Below, in pieces: positions 13,524 to 27,581 of a stretch of DNA of 55,578 nt. The notes beneath the pieces are model-generated. The model did no database searches. It had not been told where the DNA came from and saw nothing but the letters and a program-made list of their open reading frames with translations. The position numbers and the translations under genes are program-made. Source of the DNA: Bigelowiella natans CCMP2755 (taxonomy: Eukaryota > Protista > Cercozoa); contig ADNK01000404.1 in NCBI GenBank assembly GCA_000320545.1, positions 1 to 55,578 on the forward strand, read 5' to 3'. Each line of letters opens with the position of its first letter. Within the stretch, counting starts at the first letter, position 1.

Positions 13524-14120
13524 ACACATGTTTTTACAAATAGCTGTACCGTAGGCAAAATTCAAGCTATTTTTGCCGTGGAATGTGCCTCGTTAACACT
13601 ATACACTTCACAGGTCTCTGATGACGAGAATAATAACAATAAAGACGATGTTGATGGAATAAAGAAGAAGAAGGAAAGTTCCGACAATGATGGCATAGAG
13701 AAGCAAAATATGAATTCCAAGCGCGAACAGGCATCATCAGACTTATCCTCATCATCAGGGATGACAGATAAGAAGGGGGAGAAGACTACTTTAGTATTCT
13801 GCGGTGTGGGCCACGATGATGATGATAATGATGATAATGATGATGAGAACGAAGATGACGATGAGGAGGAGGTTATTGTCAGCATACAATCCGAAAAGAT
13901 ATCTTTGTTCCCTGATGAGGAGGACATTACCAGTAGAAGCAGGAAGGGTAGCAGAAGATCATCTTCGCAGGCTGAGAGAGAGGAAGAAGGAACGGGTAGA
14001 GGTCGCAATGCTAGTAACTCAAAGGGTTCATTTGAGAACAATAAAGTAAAGAAAAAGAAAAAATGGTTGAGTAAGAAGCAGTTCCAAAAGAAGATAAAAC
14101 GAAGAGGCGGTAGAAAATAG
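12489..14120 (+). CDS. NOL12: Nucleolar protein 12 / Rrp17 family
   Basis: Spliced MEVRFDEDDR|REFLTGFHKRKQQRREKA is the family signature, followed by an acidic middle and a Lys-rich C-terminus. Five exons. Confidence 0.9.
13104..13184. repeat. (CT)n microsatellite, ~80 bp, just upstream of an intron acceptor
   Basis: Perfect dinucleotide run in a NOL12 intron, followed by ccccaaatag|. Confidence 0.95.
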
Positions 14121-15245
14121 ATTCCGCGACACGGAGGCACAAGATGCGAAAGTCCTGAAGCTACATGCATTGGTAGTAAGCATGCCACGTTTTAACGAGG
14201 ATGAAAGCTTGCACACTTTTAGACTTATGGTGAGTGCACCCATGCAATATTTTTCTCATAGGCGACGCATTATTGCAAAGCCATTTTATCATTTAGCAGC
14301 GATGTTTAGTCAATATTTAGCTGCATAGTAATATACATTTAATGTGTATATTCATTTACTCTAGTGCTATGGCATATGTATGTATGCCATGTGGCATAGT
14401 ACATGTGTACATGCGTTGTACGTGGTACGTACACTTCTATGCAGCTAGCTATATGTGATCATATCTCTAGATCTCTATGATGAACATATCAAATATGAAT
14501 TAGCTAGATCTAGATATAGGCACATCGCACATGCTAGACATGTGAGACCACGCACAGTATGAGCCATGCTAGCGCATGCAAGGCTGCTAGCTAGCTAGCG
14601 AGTCGTCGAGACATCTAGCTAGACATGCAGGTCTCGCTCGTTCGATATCAATCGCAAATACATGCACAAACTAGCAAACGCTTGTAGGCACGGGTGTAAC
14701 AAAGAGCTTCATCTTGTAACTGTGCTATTGGCGTACGTCACCCTCATGTAGCTTCACAATGCTTCGTTATTATGTGCTGCTGTGTAGTGCGTTGTTAAAG
14801 TACGCATACATATCTAGATATTTGATGGCGACGATTCGGTGCTCTTACGCTCCATTTAATCTATATGGATAAATCCATAGCGCATACTAGCATAGCTAGA
14901 TAGTCTCAAAGAGATCTATCTAGCACGACACAGCATCGGTACGGTTCATAACAAACACGCTAGCACTAGAGCACGCCCTGCAGGAATTGAAAATTCATTA
15001 TTGTTGCGTCGCAAACCACGCGAAATTAAAGCAACGTAGAGGCTGACTGCGGCGCGGGGCATCATATTTTTAGTCTACGAGCTACGCATACTATGATACT
15101 ATGCTAGTATGTAGGCACAGCTCGGTGAGTTACATGCCGATAATATCGAGATAAATTGTGGGAACATACTTGCCATCGTCTTGATTGCGGTATAAATTAC
15201 TCAGTTTGGAATCTTATGATTAACGCTTTGACGTAGTTCTCTTCT
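14121..15245. other. Convergent spacer rich in palindromic words
   Basis: GCTAGCTAGCTAGCG at ~14586, TAGCTAGATCTAGATA at ~14501 and GTACATGTGTACATGC at ~14399. Confidence 0.75.
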
Positions 15246-15471
15246 TTAAACGATTCCCTTCAGATTCATCACAACATCCGCGTTTACTCCCGTTTTCTGT
15301 TTGGACTCCAAATACCTAATTTCAAATATGCGAAGTATTTATCAGAATGAAGCGAAGACAAAAGCAATCAGCGTTTATTTCTTACATCATGAAGAAGCGC
15401 ACGTATAGAGCAGACTGTACCACAGCACCCAGTGCCTTAATACAAACAAAATTAGGTTCGAGCTTCTGTGT

Positions 15472-15514
<43 letters not shown>

Positions 15515-16842
15515 AGAGCATCAGAAATATGCTAAATATGATTAAGAACCTTGATGAGAACCTCCCTGCTGGAAAACATTGGATCCACCATGAATCTGTA
15601 CCCATAATTAAGAAGGTAGAAGACTCTGTACGCCCCGAGAGCGAACAAATAGTTCGCGGTCAAATTCTGATCATTATGATCACAAAAACACATTAGTGTA
15701 CATGTGGCCGCAAGCAATATGTTTTCCATGTTCTAGACCTTGACAACTTTCGCACGATTAAGAACTTCCATTTGTGGAACAATTGCAACAGCTTCCAGGT
15801 AAATGGAAAAAGTCCTTTTTTAAAGATTTAGTTTAGTTGAAGAAGAAAAACGGCTTAAAAATTCGCTACCAGGCAAGTTCTACGAACTTCCTCCACATTG
15901 GACCATACTGCAAAAAGTACAACATGAGCTCGATGATCGGCGTTAAATATTCTCAGAAGTTTAAATCTAACTGGATTGTGGTCATTGTAGAGAAGGGCCA
16001 GCAGCAACGAACATCCACATAGGGCCGCAGAAATTTTGGTTCCATGTGGCTTTTAAGGAATGGGTAGAAGGTGGTGAGTTTCGTCAAGGAAGAAAGGTAG
16101 CACCACTTCATTTTATACCTCTTTTGTGGGATCTTTCAGCTCTACTCTCATCATGTAGATCACGTACATAGTTGCCGAAATGAAAAGAAGTTTCATGATC
16201 TGATGATATGAAGAAGATTGAGGTGTTGAATTTACTGTCCACACGCAACTTGCTTACCGTGTTGTAGAGAGATATGAAGTTAAAGAATATGTCCATATAT
16301 CTAAGACCCACATTTTAAAAGTTATAAGCAGCTTAATTTTTAGATTCAGATTTCCGCACCTGGTGAGGAAAACCAGTAGATAAAGTTCTTGGCTCTTGAG
16401 AGAAATTCCGGAGCAACTTTGGGCTAAAATTGGAATATATTTGATTTCGAAAGTGCAGCAAGGCCTAATGGACTATACCAGTTCGAAATTGTATGAGAAG
16501 AAAAACGAAGGAGCTTAAATGGAGGAAGTCGCCCGCAAGACGGAAGCCATTGAACATGTGAGCGTGTCCTGGTTCTTCTGCTTGTATTTTAGCCATTTCC
16601 CTGCAAACAATTCACAACACACTGTGTTCAGCTTCCCCCGTCACAATCATTTTGAATATCCTATCACTCTTTCGAGAGGCAGACCTGATTTGACCAAAGC
16701 CCATTTTGTCATAGACGTTCGCCGGATGGCGACTATCAGAAGGCGCAGCACCGGTATTTCTTGTCGATGGTAAACCACCCACACTGCATGCGAGAACCAG
16801 GAAGGTTACCCATAATGAAGAGTATGCACCGAGTCTTCCCAT
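15246..16842 (-). CDS. ERD2: ER lumen protein-retaining (KDEL/HDEL) receptor with an N-terminal leader
   Basis: Spliced FNGFRLAGDFLHLSSF, CSGISLKSQELYLLVFLTRYMDIF, WTFSIYLEAVAIVPQ, NLTANYLFALGAYRVFYLLNY and LIQSALYVRFF. Stop TAA at 15246-15248. A further upstream exon to ~17004 is possible. Confidence 0.93.
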
Positions 16843-17101
16843 CTTTTTCCTGAAGACCTAAGAAAGTTAGCTTCAGTGTGTCACAGGTGAGGGGGGTAGC
16901 ATGGTGGCATACCGAGCGGATGCCGTAATGTTAGCTCGTACCAGTGCAGCTTTAAGATGTAGCCAAAGCCGAATCAAAGGGAAAACGACGATTTTCTTTC
17001 TCATTACGACACAAATCGTCTGAAATTAGGACATAGACCTCATATTCAACTCGCCCCTTCCGAGATTTCGTTCTGAAAATCAAAGCTATCTCTCAATAAA
17101 A

Positions 17102-17109
17102 TGACGTCA
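17102..17109. promoter_or_regulatory. CRE-type palindrome TGACGTCA in the divergent ERD2/Rab spacer
   Basis: Exact 8-mer match in a short head-to-head spacer. Function not demonstrated. Confidence 0.3.
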
Positions 17110-17295
17110 AGGTTGTCGCAGCTGGGAAAACCTAAATTGTGTTTTATTTAACATATGTCGTAGTTTAAAAACGCCATGTCATCCGGGTAGTGGCGGGGGG
17201 TACTGCTCACAAACACCCGAATTTTTTTTGTTAAATCGCTCCTCTAACGGTGTTCCCCCTCCTAGAAGCAGCACACCAACGCCGTCCACGCCCAC

Positions 17296-18777
17296 ATGGA
17301 TGCCCCAATGGATACTCCAGCCAGGATGCAAGCTCTGGCTGATATTGAGGAGGAAATGAGGAGGCTGCAGCTTCAGATCAATGCTGTAGATCACGAAAAG
17401 CAAGTCAGAGCTTCGAGCCTGAGCCTAATTTTTTTTGCTGCTGTGCCGCTTTAAAACTCAAAGAAATTTTTAATGCCTATCTATCTCAGGAATCACAAGA
17501 GAGAGAAATACTTTCTCCAATACATCGAATTTCTTCTACGTCCAACACGAACAATCTCAATGGAGCCAGGTTGTCGAAGGATAGGGCTTCTAACAAGTTG
17601 TCATGGAAAGAAACGACGCCGTTGAAGTGCGCCCCATCCCAGGTTACCAAACACCAATCCGTCTGAATATTTGAGGATCATTCTAAAATATACGTTCAGA
17701 ATGCGGCAAGGACAGATGAAGCGAAGGAAAATTTATATAGAACTCCTCCTGCGAGTCCAAAGTAATGATATAAGTAGCAATCTATCGGGAAAGGTTTAGA
17801 TCTAAACCGTAAATTTCTAAAAGGAGGAGTCGACAGTCTCATGGAATTTCAGATGATGGGTTCTTGTCTACGAACAAAGTAAGAAAAAATAGCATGACTT
17901 TCTAATCCAAAACTGAAGAATTAAAACAAAAAGGTCCGGCCAACTTCCGCAAAGGAAACCACTCCTACCACAGCCGCTCAGTCTGACTCAGAATCAACGG
18001 TATGGTCACACCGATATGTAGTGGATATCCGAGTAATCTGGTCTCTAATTATACCGTGGCTAGGTTACTGATAACGACGAAGTTCATGCGGGAGACGGTT
18101 CTTCCACTGCGCCTTCAGGCGTGCGTAGGTTCACAGGTATTATTACATTGATAAATTGATGTGTATTCCAATGCATGACTCACAGCCTTCTATCAACTTC
18201 AGGCACCGTGACTGTGAGTCCTTTAGCTTCTTTTAAGACTCTTCCGAATCCGAGGAAAAAGATGAGCTTCAAAAGGAATAGTAGCATCCAATCTGCTTCG
18301 GAGTGCGAATCTATTCTCAGAAAGCTGAAGAAGAAGAATAACATGTTGGAGTGGACCCCAGGAGAGAAAGTCGCGGAAAAAGTTGACTTTTTTTCTTAAT
18401 CCCCTAATTTATGTTCGTTACTTATTCTTACAGGTAGCAATCTACGTGAAATCGATAAAAAAATGGTGCCCAGGAAAAATCATTAAGTATGAGCCAAATA
18501 GGTAACTTCTTCCACAATTCCGCGGACATGTCAAAAACGCAAGAAACTGATGCAGTGATATGGTTGTAATTTAGGACCGGAGAAATGAGACTGCACATTT
18601 TGTTCCAGTACACGATTAATTCTCTGAAGAAGCGTGCTCGTGTGTCTTTAGGTAGTTTAAGTAATATTTGACCATCGTTGAAAGGAGATTCCATGAACAT
18701 GGCTTGCTTCTTATATATGCTTAGGTCCGAAATCACTTTCCATTGTACGCAGGGCAAGAGAGAGTAAGTATTGTTAG

Positions 18778-18830
<53 letters not shown>

Positions 18831-21441
18831 GTCAACACCATGTCGGCAAGAATATGATAGATACTCTATAGTGACGACGACGTAGATTCACAGCTTGCTT
18901 GCTTTAATTAAACCCATTTTTTAAATTAGGCAAGCATTCGACTGCAGCCCCCCCTTGTACTCCTGCTAGAGCCGTTGATTGTCAGGATGAGAATAAACCT
19001 ACGACTGCCTCCACACATGGTGTTGCACTATCAGCATCATCATCATCGTCTGCGGCTGCTCCTCCTACTGGTATTCGCAGCACCGTCCCCCTATCGCAAA
19101 AACAGCAGCATCAGCACTCACGGAAACTTAACTTCGACGGCATTGTCGGTGGTACATCCCAGCTGCAATCTGGTGTCGGTGGTGGTCAGCTACTTCGTCA
19201 AAGTCGCACCTCCCTGCATCAAAAGTGTGATGAGCAAGAACGAAAACAGGAGGTTGATATCAGTCATAACACTAAAAAAGCCGAGGCAGCACCCTTCGCA
19301 ATTCCCGAAGCAAAGCATCCACCGCCAGAAAGTTTTCATCGAGCGAAGAAGCCCACAAAGATGGTGGCGAGGAAAAGAAAGAGGAAGTACAAGATTCTTG
19401 TCGTAGGTGCGTAGTAGTAATGTGTATGCTTTGCTTTGGTTGCTATCAAGAAAGCCCAATTTGCGAACGGCACTATATGATAACTCTTCACCGTGCGTTG
19501 TTTCTATATGCGTCCATGTGTGCATGTGCCCAGGAAACTCCAAATGTGGCAAGACAAGCATCATCAATAGATATGTTCGGAATAATTTCACGGACGACTA
19601 CAAGTGAGGAATTCACCCATCGTTCATCATAGCCAGTTGCTGCTGCTGCTGCTGCTGCTTACTTACCTTGACTTCCAACTACTACTCCTTACGTGTGCCC
19701 TTTTGTTTTGTTATTGTGGACGTCCAGGTATACTATAGGTTGCGACTACTCGCAAAAGGAGGTTCAGGATCCAAAGACAGGTGATATCTTGGAGGAAAAT
19801 TGTGTTGCAGTTATGATGATGATTAGATGATTATGATTAATAATTTCTATTGATTGATATCCTGCGATGATAGATGTCCCGTAGTGTGGGAATAAATTGA
19901 ATGTATCTGCATGCTTGGTATATTGGCATGTAATGTGAGTTGCCAACAGAATCTGTCCTCAAAGTTATATGTCCCGAGTTCATATTCTAGCTTGGTTTTT
20001 ATCTAACACGACCGCTACTACGTATGTGTGAAAGGCGACGCGATTCGACTCCAACTGTGGGATATTGCTGGCCAGGACCGCTTTATTCAGATGAATCGGT
20101 CAGTCTGCAGTAGTAAGTAGCAATTACCGTTAGCATCATCTTCTTGTCAAACACGCCACAGGCCATTCTTTCGGAACGCTGTCGGGTGCATCGTCGTGTG
20201 TGACGTCGCACGGAAGGCTTCGATCGGTAGGTTTTGAGACATGCTGCTGATCCCTTTAAAACTATTCCAACTGAGAGGATGAATGGGTTCTTAGTGCTGC
20301 AACTAATGATGTTTTTGTATTGAAAATTCTACAATCTGCTCCTCCTCATCCTCCTCCTCCTCGCTGCTGCTGCTATTATGCATTTATCATCGATCTAAAT
20401 TTGTTCTGGGTCAAATTTTCATTAACATTTTCATTACATCTATACTCGGCACGCGTCTTTTGATTCAATTTATTATTTTATTGTAAGACGCGGCGTGTTT
20501 ATGGAAAGCCGAATTGGAAAAGTGCTTGAATCCAGGGAAGATAGGGTACCGCGTCCCTGTCATATTGATCGCCAACAAGGTACGGGGAAGGGAGGGAAGT
20601 TTTGCATATCCTGTTTATCTTAAATCCATCTTCTTCAAAGAAAGAATTTGAATTTGATATTCTCTTCACCAGGTTGACACGCTAATGGACGTACAAGAGA
20701 GTTTTGTGATAGGAGCTTATGTCCAGAGAACGGCCTTAAAGATGAATTTTGACGGGTATCATAATTAACTACTTCTTCTTAAACACACTTCACCATCACC
20801 ATCTGACCGTTCGCACGCAATAACTACGTGATAACAACTGGGATTTTTACAAACAATAGGTGGTTCATAGGATCGGCAAAGAATAATGAAAAGATACCCG
20901 AAGCGGTATTGATAAGTTAAAATTATTTGCAAAGATTAGTCGTCAACGTGTATCAGTGGATATCATCGACTGTAGTTGCGACGATCCTAGGTTGCAGGGG
21001 CAGGGTCTGGCCGAAATCTTTGGTTGAAATGAGAAGAATTGTTTGATGTATTATCAGATTGAATTTCTGCTTGGCAAAATAACACAAGAACAGAACAAGC
21101 GCGTTCTAGTTGCAGATTCAGGAGGAGGGAGCGTGTTGGAAATACATTCGAAACGGGAAAGTATGGTTTTCTAAGAATATTCACAACCTCACAAATCAGA
21201 CACAGACAAAATAACATATTGTATTGATCTTGTCTTCTGCTTGGATTAGGAGTTTCATCGACAAAGTTATCGCAGATGACCAATTTGATACACCTGTCCA
21301 GACGTGCACCAAATGATGCAGAGGTCTTCAACATTCATTATTCGCAATGTTTAGCATCTGCTTGAATTCTTCGATGGTGTTACTTTGCAGATTCATGGAG
21401 ACAAAGACGGTCAGGACGGCCGAGTTTGTGTCATTACATAA
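17296..21441 (+). CDS. Large Rab32/38/29-like GTPase with ~450-aa N-terminal extension (coiled coil, Tudor/SH3-like module) and C-terminal CaaX
   Basis: Spliced YKILVV|GNSKCGKTS, YTIGCDY, RLQLWDIAGQDRF, VILIANK|VD and WFIGSAK. Ends CVIT-TAA at 21439-21441. Upstream exons stay in phase back to ~17296; exact start uncertain. Confidence 0.88.
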
Positions 21442-21732
21442 CGCTTGAACGATAGGGCGACAGGCAAGCTAGCATTGTGACGCTGAATTCTCACATCCAA
21501 ACATCGTCATAACTGCACGATTTAGATCATGTGCAATTGTATAGATGGCCCAGTCCTTCATGCTATACACTTGCATCTTAGTGGAAGTAGTAGAATACCA
21601 GAACTATAAATGCCTCGTAATCTAGTAATCGAAGTCAATGTTGATGATGTGCTCCTTCGACATCTATGCATCATGGCGCTGCATCTGTGCTAGCATGGGC
21701 TAGATGTAGTTCGTCATGTAATGCGTAAATTG

Positions 21733-21771
<39 letters not shown>

Positions 21772-22472
21772 GAGCAAGCAATGCTGCTAGATTTTGCAGG
21801 CTAGCTAGCATGCTCTATGCTCTAGCAGCTAGTGCTTCTAGGCTTGTCTGGAATTAGCTAGCTAGAGGAGTAACAAAATGCGTATGTGTGTGTCTGTCTA
21901 GCTGTCTAGCTGTGTCCAGACATCAAACATGCGTATAACATGCTGACGCTAGCTGCTAGAGCTAGAGAGCGTGCACCACAGGTGCATGCTGATAACCGTC
22001 CCCGATGCGCCTGCGACCACACTGGCGCACACCTCGGTATCCCCAGCAGACCCATCTAGCCATGTTAGCCATCTGCTAGCTAGCTAGCTGGTATATTGTA
22101 CACTGCTAGACTGGATCAACATGTCTAGATATCGCGCACATCTATCTAGCCCTACAGCTATGTGGTTATTAAGAAAATGTTGTATTACGATACACTACTA
22201 CTAGTTCTAGAGTACTAGGCTAGCTAGCTAGTCTAGTAGACTCTAGTCTAGTGTGCACATTCTCGCTAAATAAATACATGCTAGCATATTCTGGAGTGTA
22301 ACAGTTATATGTACAATTTTACATTTTATTTGTGACAACCAAAAAGGTGTGTACGTGCATGCATGCTTACATCGTATTACAGATCGTACTACATGCGTAA
22401 CCTGCTGCGACAGATTAGATCTTAATTCTGCGGTAATCCAAAAATATGTATATTGGTCGCACAGTACTTCAT
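21442..22472. other. Convergent spacer rich in palindromic words
   Basis: GCTAGCTAGCTAGCTG at ~22076 and GGCTAGCTAGCTAGTCTAGTAGACTCTAGTCTAG at ~22218, with many further CTAG words. Confidence 0.8.
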
Positions 22473-23067
22473 TTAAAAACGAAGTGAATCTGCATTTGTT
22501 TCTCTGAGTTGTTCTCTCCGCTTCCATCTGAAGTATTGCACCAATTCGTCCCTGGCAGGAAATTAAATGATTTAATCAGTGCATAACCAATGAACTGCAA
22601 AGCGAATAATTACATGTTGAGATTGTCGTAGTTTGTCTCCAAGTCTGTTATTGTCATACGAGGTTCGGCCAGTTTCCACACCCATTCTGGGTACCTTCAT
22701 AGCACAAAGGTGCGTTTCATGAATGGAGGAAAGTAATGGAGATGAGTGATAGAGGGGATTCATGTCGTTAGAATTTCCTACTCTTCGTCAGGTAGAGCCT
22801 TGGGTATTTCGTCCTTGGCCATCAGCTGGAAACAGCTCATATTCAATGGTCCTTATTTGAAAATAGACAGAATTAGAGACAGGTTTGAAGGCAGAAACTA
22901 CCCCATCCCACAACGACAAATTCACTAGCTGTAGGAAATCCGTCTTCGCAGCCACTCAGAAAGAAACTACCTGCACCAAGTTCGCCCTTATTCCCTGCGC
23001 CCGCCTTGGCAGCTTTGCCTCCCTTTTTCTTCGCCATTCGGGCGAATGTGGCCACCCGCCTCAGCAT
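22473..23067 (-). CDS. MRPL54: Mitochondrial ribosomal protein mL54 (MRPL54 / yeast MrpL37)
   Basis: Four exons: MLRRVATFARMAKKKGGK... / ...EIPKALPDEE / YPEWVWKLAEP... / ...YFRWKRREQLRETN. ALPDxEYPEWxWxL is the family motif. Confidence 0.85.
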
Positions 23068-23452
23068 AACTGTGTCCTCCTCCTCTACTTGTTGGCTGTC
23101 TTTGCCTGGAACCTCTCCCTTCCTGCGAAAGCCGCGGCGCACGTGCCGATAAATTCTCGAGAATATTAATTAATTTTCTTCTTCGTTCGTAAAAAGTCGC
23201 TAACATCGAAATTCCTCGTTATTAATACTTGTGCGACATTATCTCTCGCTCTCTTTCCGCAGTTTTTCTATCTTAGCGCTATATGCAGCTATATACAGAC
23301 GATTTTAGGCACGCGACAACGAGAAATTTTCTCTAACTCCTGGTACGTCGCCCCGACGCCTCCCCCTTGGCAGCAGAGCTTTCTTCGCTCGACTACATTC
23401 CCTTCGCCCCGCTTGATACTCGTTCACCAGTCGCACGCTTCTAGTGAGAAGG

Positions 23453-24762
23453 ATGGCATTGGATAGAGCCCGCCTGTTCGCAGCCTGTGCTTTATCGTGC
23501 AGTATATGGTACCTGCTCTATGCTGTGGTGACGCCCTTTCTCTCGAAGATGATCGTTCCCATCCACTACGATAAGATGCTTCAGGACTCCAAGAGTAAGT
23601 TATGAAAAATACTAGATACCTCACCACTTTGGAGGATGGGGCGTTTCATTCAAGGATCCATATGCACGCCGAATTTTTTGGTTCTAATGTCTCTTCCGTG
23701 CTTGCGTCAGCAAGATTATTGGGAGCAGATAGTTTTCGGAAGAGATTGATTGATGATGCGTAGATATGCATGTCCGCTGTTTGAGTATCAGTGGTTTATG
23801 GATCGCGCCCAATAATATGCCATCACCAAATACACGACGATCTAATCCGTTGACGGAGAAAGGAGGTTGACTTAAAATCCATTATTCCGTCAGAAAAAGA
23901 TGAGAAAATTGCGAAAAAAGCTAGGAACGCCCTTGGGGTACTAACAACAACAAAATATTTATCATTCCATGGTTTAGTATTCCTTCTATCATCTCTAATC
24001 AAAGCCTTTGTAGTCACTTAAGACAATTAGAATGTTCGACGATAAGTAGTAATCACACACACAGACACAAAGAATCGGAAACATGTGCTCTTACTGTACC
24101 TACACATGGACACATACTAAATTATATAACGTAACTACTTTTCTTGATGATAATGTAAAGGAATGGAACTCACGTTGGCCCGGATTCCTCCACGCTGTCA
24201 TTCAAGGATGCCTGGGAATGTAATATACCACATATTGCGCGGCCCTGCCGTTTAGGCAGTCGTAATCGCCCGAACGCACGCGTTTGCAGTAAATGTAAAG
24301 AAGACATCTCTGTATGACACATAGATCGCAATATATGCATTGTGTATCATTCAGATACTGTTGCTTCTTCGACAAGGAGTTAATCGAGAATACCGTCTCC
24401 AACACGTCCACAGCATGGATGGTGACAACTACTTACAACAGAGAGGGGAGGAGAGTGAGGGGGGGGGGGGAAAGGGTCATCTAAACGACGGGTGAATTTG
24501 CCACTGCATTATCCTGTGTTCTTTCCTGTCTCTCCTCAATTGTTGCATGTTTGGTGCGGTGTGGTGATGATTTGATGATGATGTTATCATATTAGGTTGC
24601 ATGTGCAGTGGCTTGCGGGTTCTTTGCATGGGATCTGCTCATCTGCCTTACAAACTACGAAGTTTTCGGTTGTGTGAAGGAGAAGAGAAGAGAGGGGGGA
24701 GAGTAGAAAAAGGAGGAGGATGCAAATAGGAGGCTGCTAAGAGCAATCATATATATAAGTTG

Positions 24763-24793
<31 letters not shown>

Positions 24794-24798
24794 CATAC

Positions 24799-24876
<78 letters not shown>

Positions 24877-25101
24877 ATTGTTCAGGCTGGCAATTTGTGC
24901 TTCACGCTATGTTCTGTTTATTCACCTACATAACATGTGAGAAATAAGAACGAATGACTATATATCAAATACTCGAATCAACGAATCGCATTTCTCTTTG
25001 CCAGCGTCGATAGCCCAAATACGGCGCACGCATCATAGCTCCATCATACTCATAATTGCAGCCTATTATTCTTTCTAAACATAATATAAATAAATAAATA
25101 A

Positions 25102-25143
<42 letters not shown>

Positions 25144-25439
25144 GGTTTTGTTCAAAAGTATCCGTTTGCATGGCATGGTGCTTCTTTCCTCATCTTCGAG
25201 TAATAACAAAGATGAGCTCGTCAGATGCAACAAGATTATTAGCCACAGCGTTGAGAAGATCAGTATTGATGATGATGATGACGACGATGATGTTCATGTT
25301 GATGATGAAACCTGCAAGACCAAAGGCGACAACGTGATGATGTGTTTTCCATGCCCCATCACACTCTTTTCTCACGTTCAACGAAGTGAGAGGAAACGAT
25401 TCATCTCTCACTTTTTTGAACGCCGCAGCAGAAATCCTG

Positions 25440-25481
<42 letters not shown>

Positions 25482-25691
25482 TTCCCGGGATGATGATTTA
25501 GTCGCGCTACAACGAGAACCATCATCGTGTGTGCGATGTGGTGTGATGACAAGAAGTTGGGCCTGAGCATTTTGCAGCATGATGGTCCTCATTTCATCGA
25601 ATTGATGATAATGTTGTTGTTGTTGTTGTTAGGCTGTCCACGCCCGTGCTACATATTCGATCGGCCTTGATAGAGTTCAAATGTGTAATAT

Positions 25692-25742
<51 letters not shown>

Positions 25743-25775
25743 TGAATAGATCTCTTTCTGGAGCTCGCTGCTGTT

Positions 25776-25809
<34 letters not shown>

Positions 25810-26275
25810 TCTTCTTTTCTTCTGCTGCTGCTTCTTCGTGTGTGCGTGTATGTGTGTGCGTGTATGTGTGTGTGTGGTTGCTCGATGCATTCGCTAGATA
25901 TGTTTCCTAGTAGCATCTGAAATGAATGAATGTTAATCACGCCCGACATACGACTAACTACTTTCAGGACTCGAGCGCCATCACCATTAGCACGTAATGC
26001 ATAAATAACGGCAACTGTACGCAGATATAGTCGTAGAAACAATATTAAGGAATAAAGATTATTGCCATCAGTGGAGAAAACAAAGACATTATTTCACCAT
26101 CAGCGTCATCCGAGGAATAACACAGCACACACATATATCATACTCTTCTTTCATATGCACATAAATACGTGATTATTGTCAAGATCTGCCAGCCTCTTTC
26201 TCTCTTCTTCCTGCTGCTGCTGCTGCTTTTGCTTTTTCGTAGTAGCACACGCTTAATACTACCACACCCGCCACC

Positions 26276-26316
<41 letters not shown>

Positions 26317-26323
26317 ACAGCAG

Positions 26324-26366
<43 letters not shown>

Positions 26367-26640
26367 GAGAGAGAGAGAGATAGAAACTTATAATTTTCCT
26401 AAATCATCATCAGATATGTATTCGCAGTGGTTTTCTTCCTCGTCCGCATTGTTTGGGGTGGGTTATGATAACTCCTCCTCCTCCTCCTCCTCCTCCTCCT
26501 CCTCCTCCTCCTATGCACAAACTGTAGCTGTTTCCTTCGTGAACAACAAACACAAGACGATGCCATAACGTGCTTGATTCGTATAACGTGCCTACTGCGC
26601 CCGCCACAGACGCAATACGACACAATCAGCATTTGCTTTC

Positions 26641-26734
<94 letters not shown>

Positions 26735-27289
26735 ACACGAAACAGCAAGCACTACTCTCTCTCTCTCTCACCCGCACAGCTTCAGAGAGGGAGAAGATAT
26801 GAACGTAGATGCAAAAGAAGAAACGAAAAATAACAGAGGGAGAGAAAGTGAGTGCAAGGATAACAGGAGGAGGGAAAGAGCTACTTACTATCAAGTGACA
26901 GAGTGGTGACAATAACACGCAGGAAACTTCTACGCTTTTCCGTTGGTCTGGAACCACTTAATCAGGTTCTCATCTCACCTTTTACGATGTTTTCCTGTTG
27001 TTCTACGATTCTTATATCAAGCGGAGACGCTGACAAAACGCTTCATCATCAATCTTGTCAGCATCATCATCATCGTCGTCATCACCATCATCATCATCAT
27101 CAGCAGCAGCAGCAGCATTATCATATGTATTACTGCAAGCTCTGCGACAAACTAATACTCTATCTTTCCTCCTACTATTATGCTTAATTGTCATTATCAT
27201 CATCGCACGTAGACTGGACGACATGCCGAGTTGGCAGGTTGTTGCATATTATTTTATATAATATATAAATATATGTTATTATAGCAGCA

Positions 27290-27333
<44 letters not shown>

Positions 27334-27463
27334 GTTAGTGTCAAGCCATTATTATTGCTAACAGGCCTAGTAATTTATATTGAAGGATTGTTCAGTCGGG
27401 TATTAGTGCTACGCGTGCTTGCATTGTGTGTGTGTGTGTGTGTGTGTGTGGTAAAGGTGTACG

Positions 27464-27510
<47 letters not shown>

Positions 27511-27546
27511 GAAACATTTACTTGAAATAGGAAGGAGGAGGATTAG

Positions 27547-27581
<35 letters not shown>

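Noticed and set aside
13562-14188. 208-aa minus-strand ORF
   Set aside because: Antisense of the low-complexity acidic/Lys-rich last exon of NOL12.
16601-16618. Possible 18-nt nucleomorph-like tiny intron in ERD2
   Set aside because: An 84-nt intron with an AG|GT donor at 16684 restores the same frame and fits the sizes of other introns. There is no evidence for tiny introns.
18428-18841. 137-aa minus-strand ORF as a nested gene inside the Rab gene
   Set aside because: It overlaps + strand exons that splice in phase and encode the Tudor-like module, and its start runs through a (TA)n repeat.
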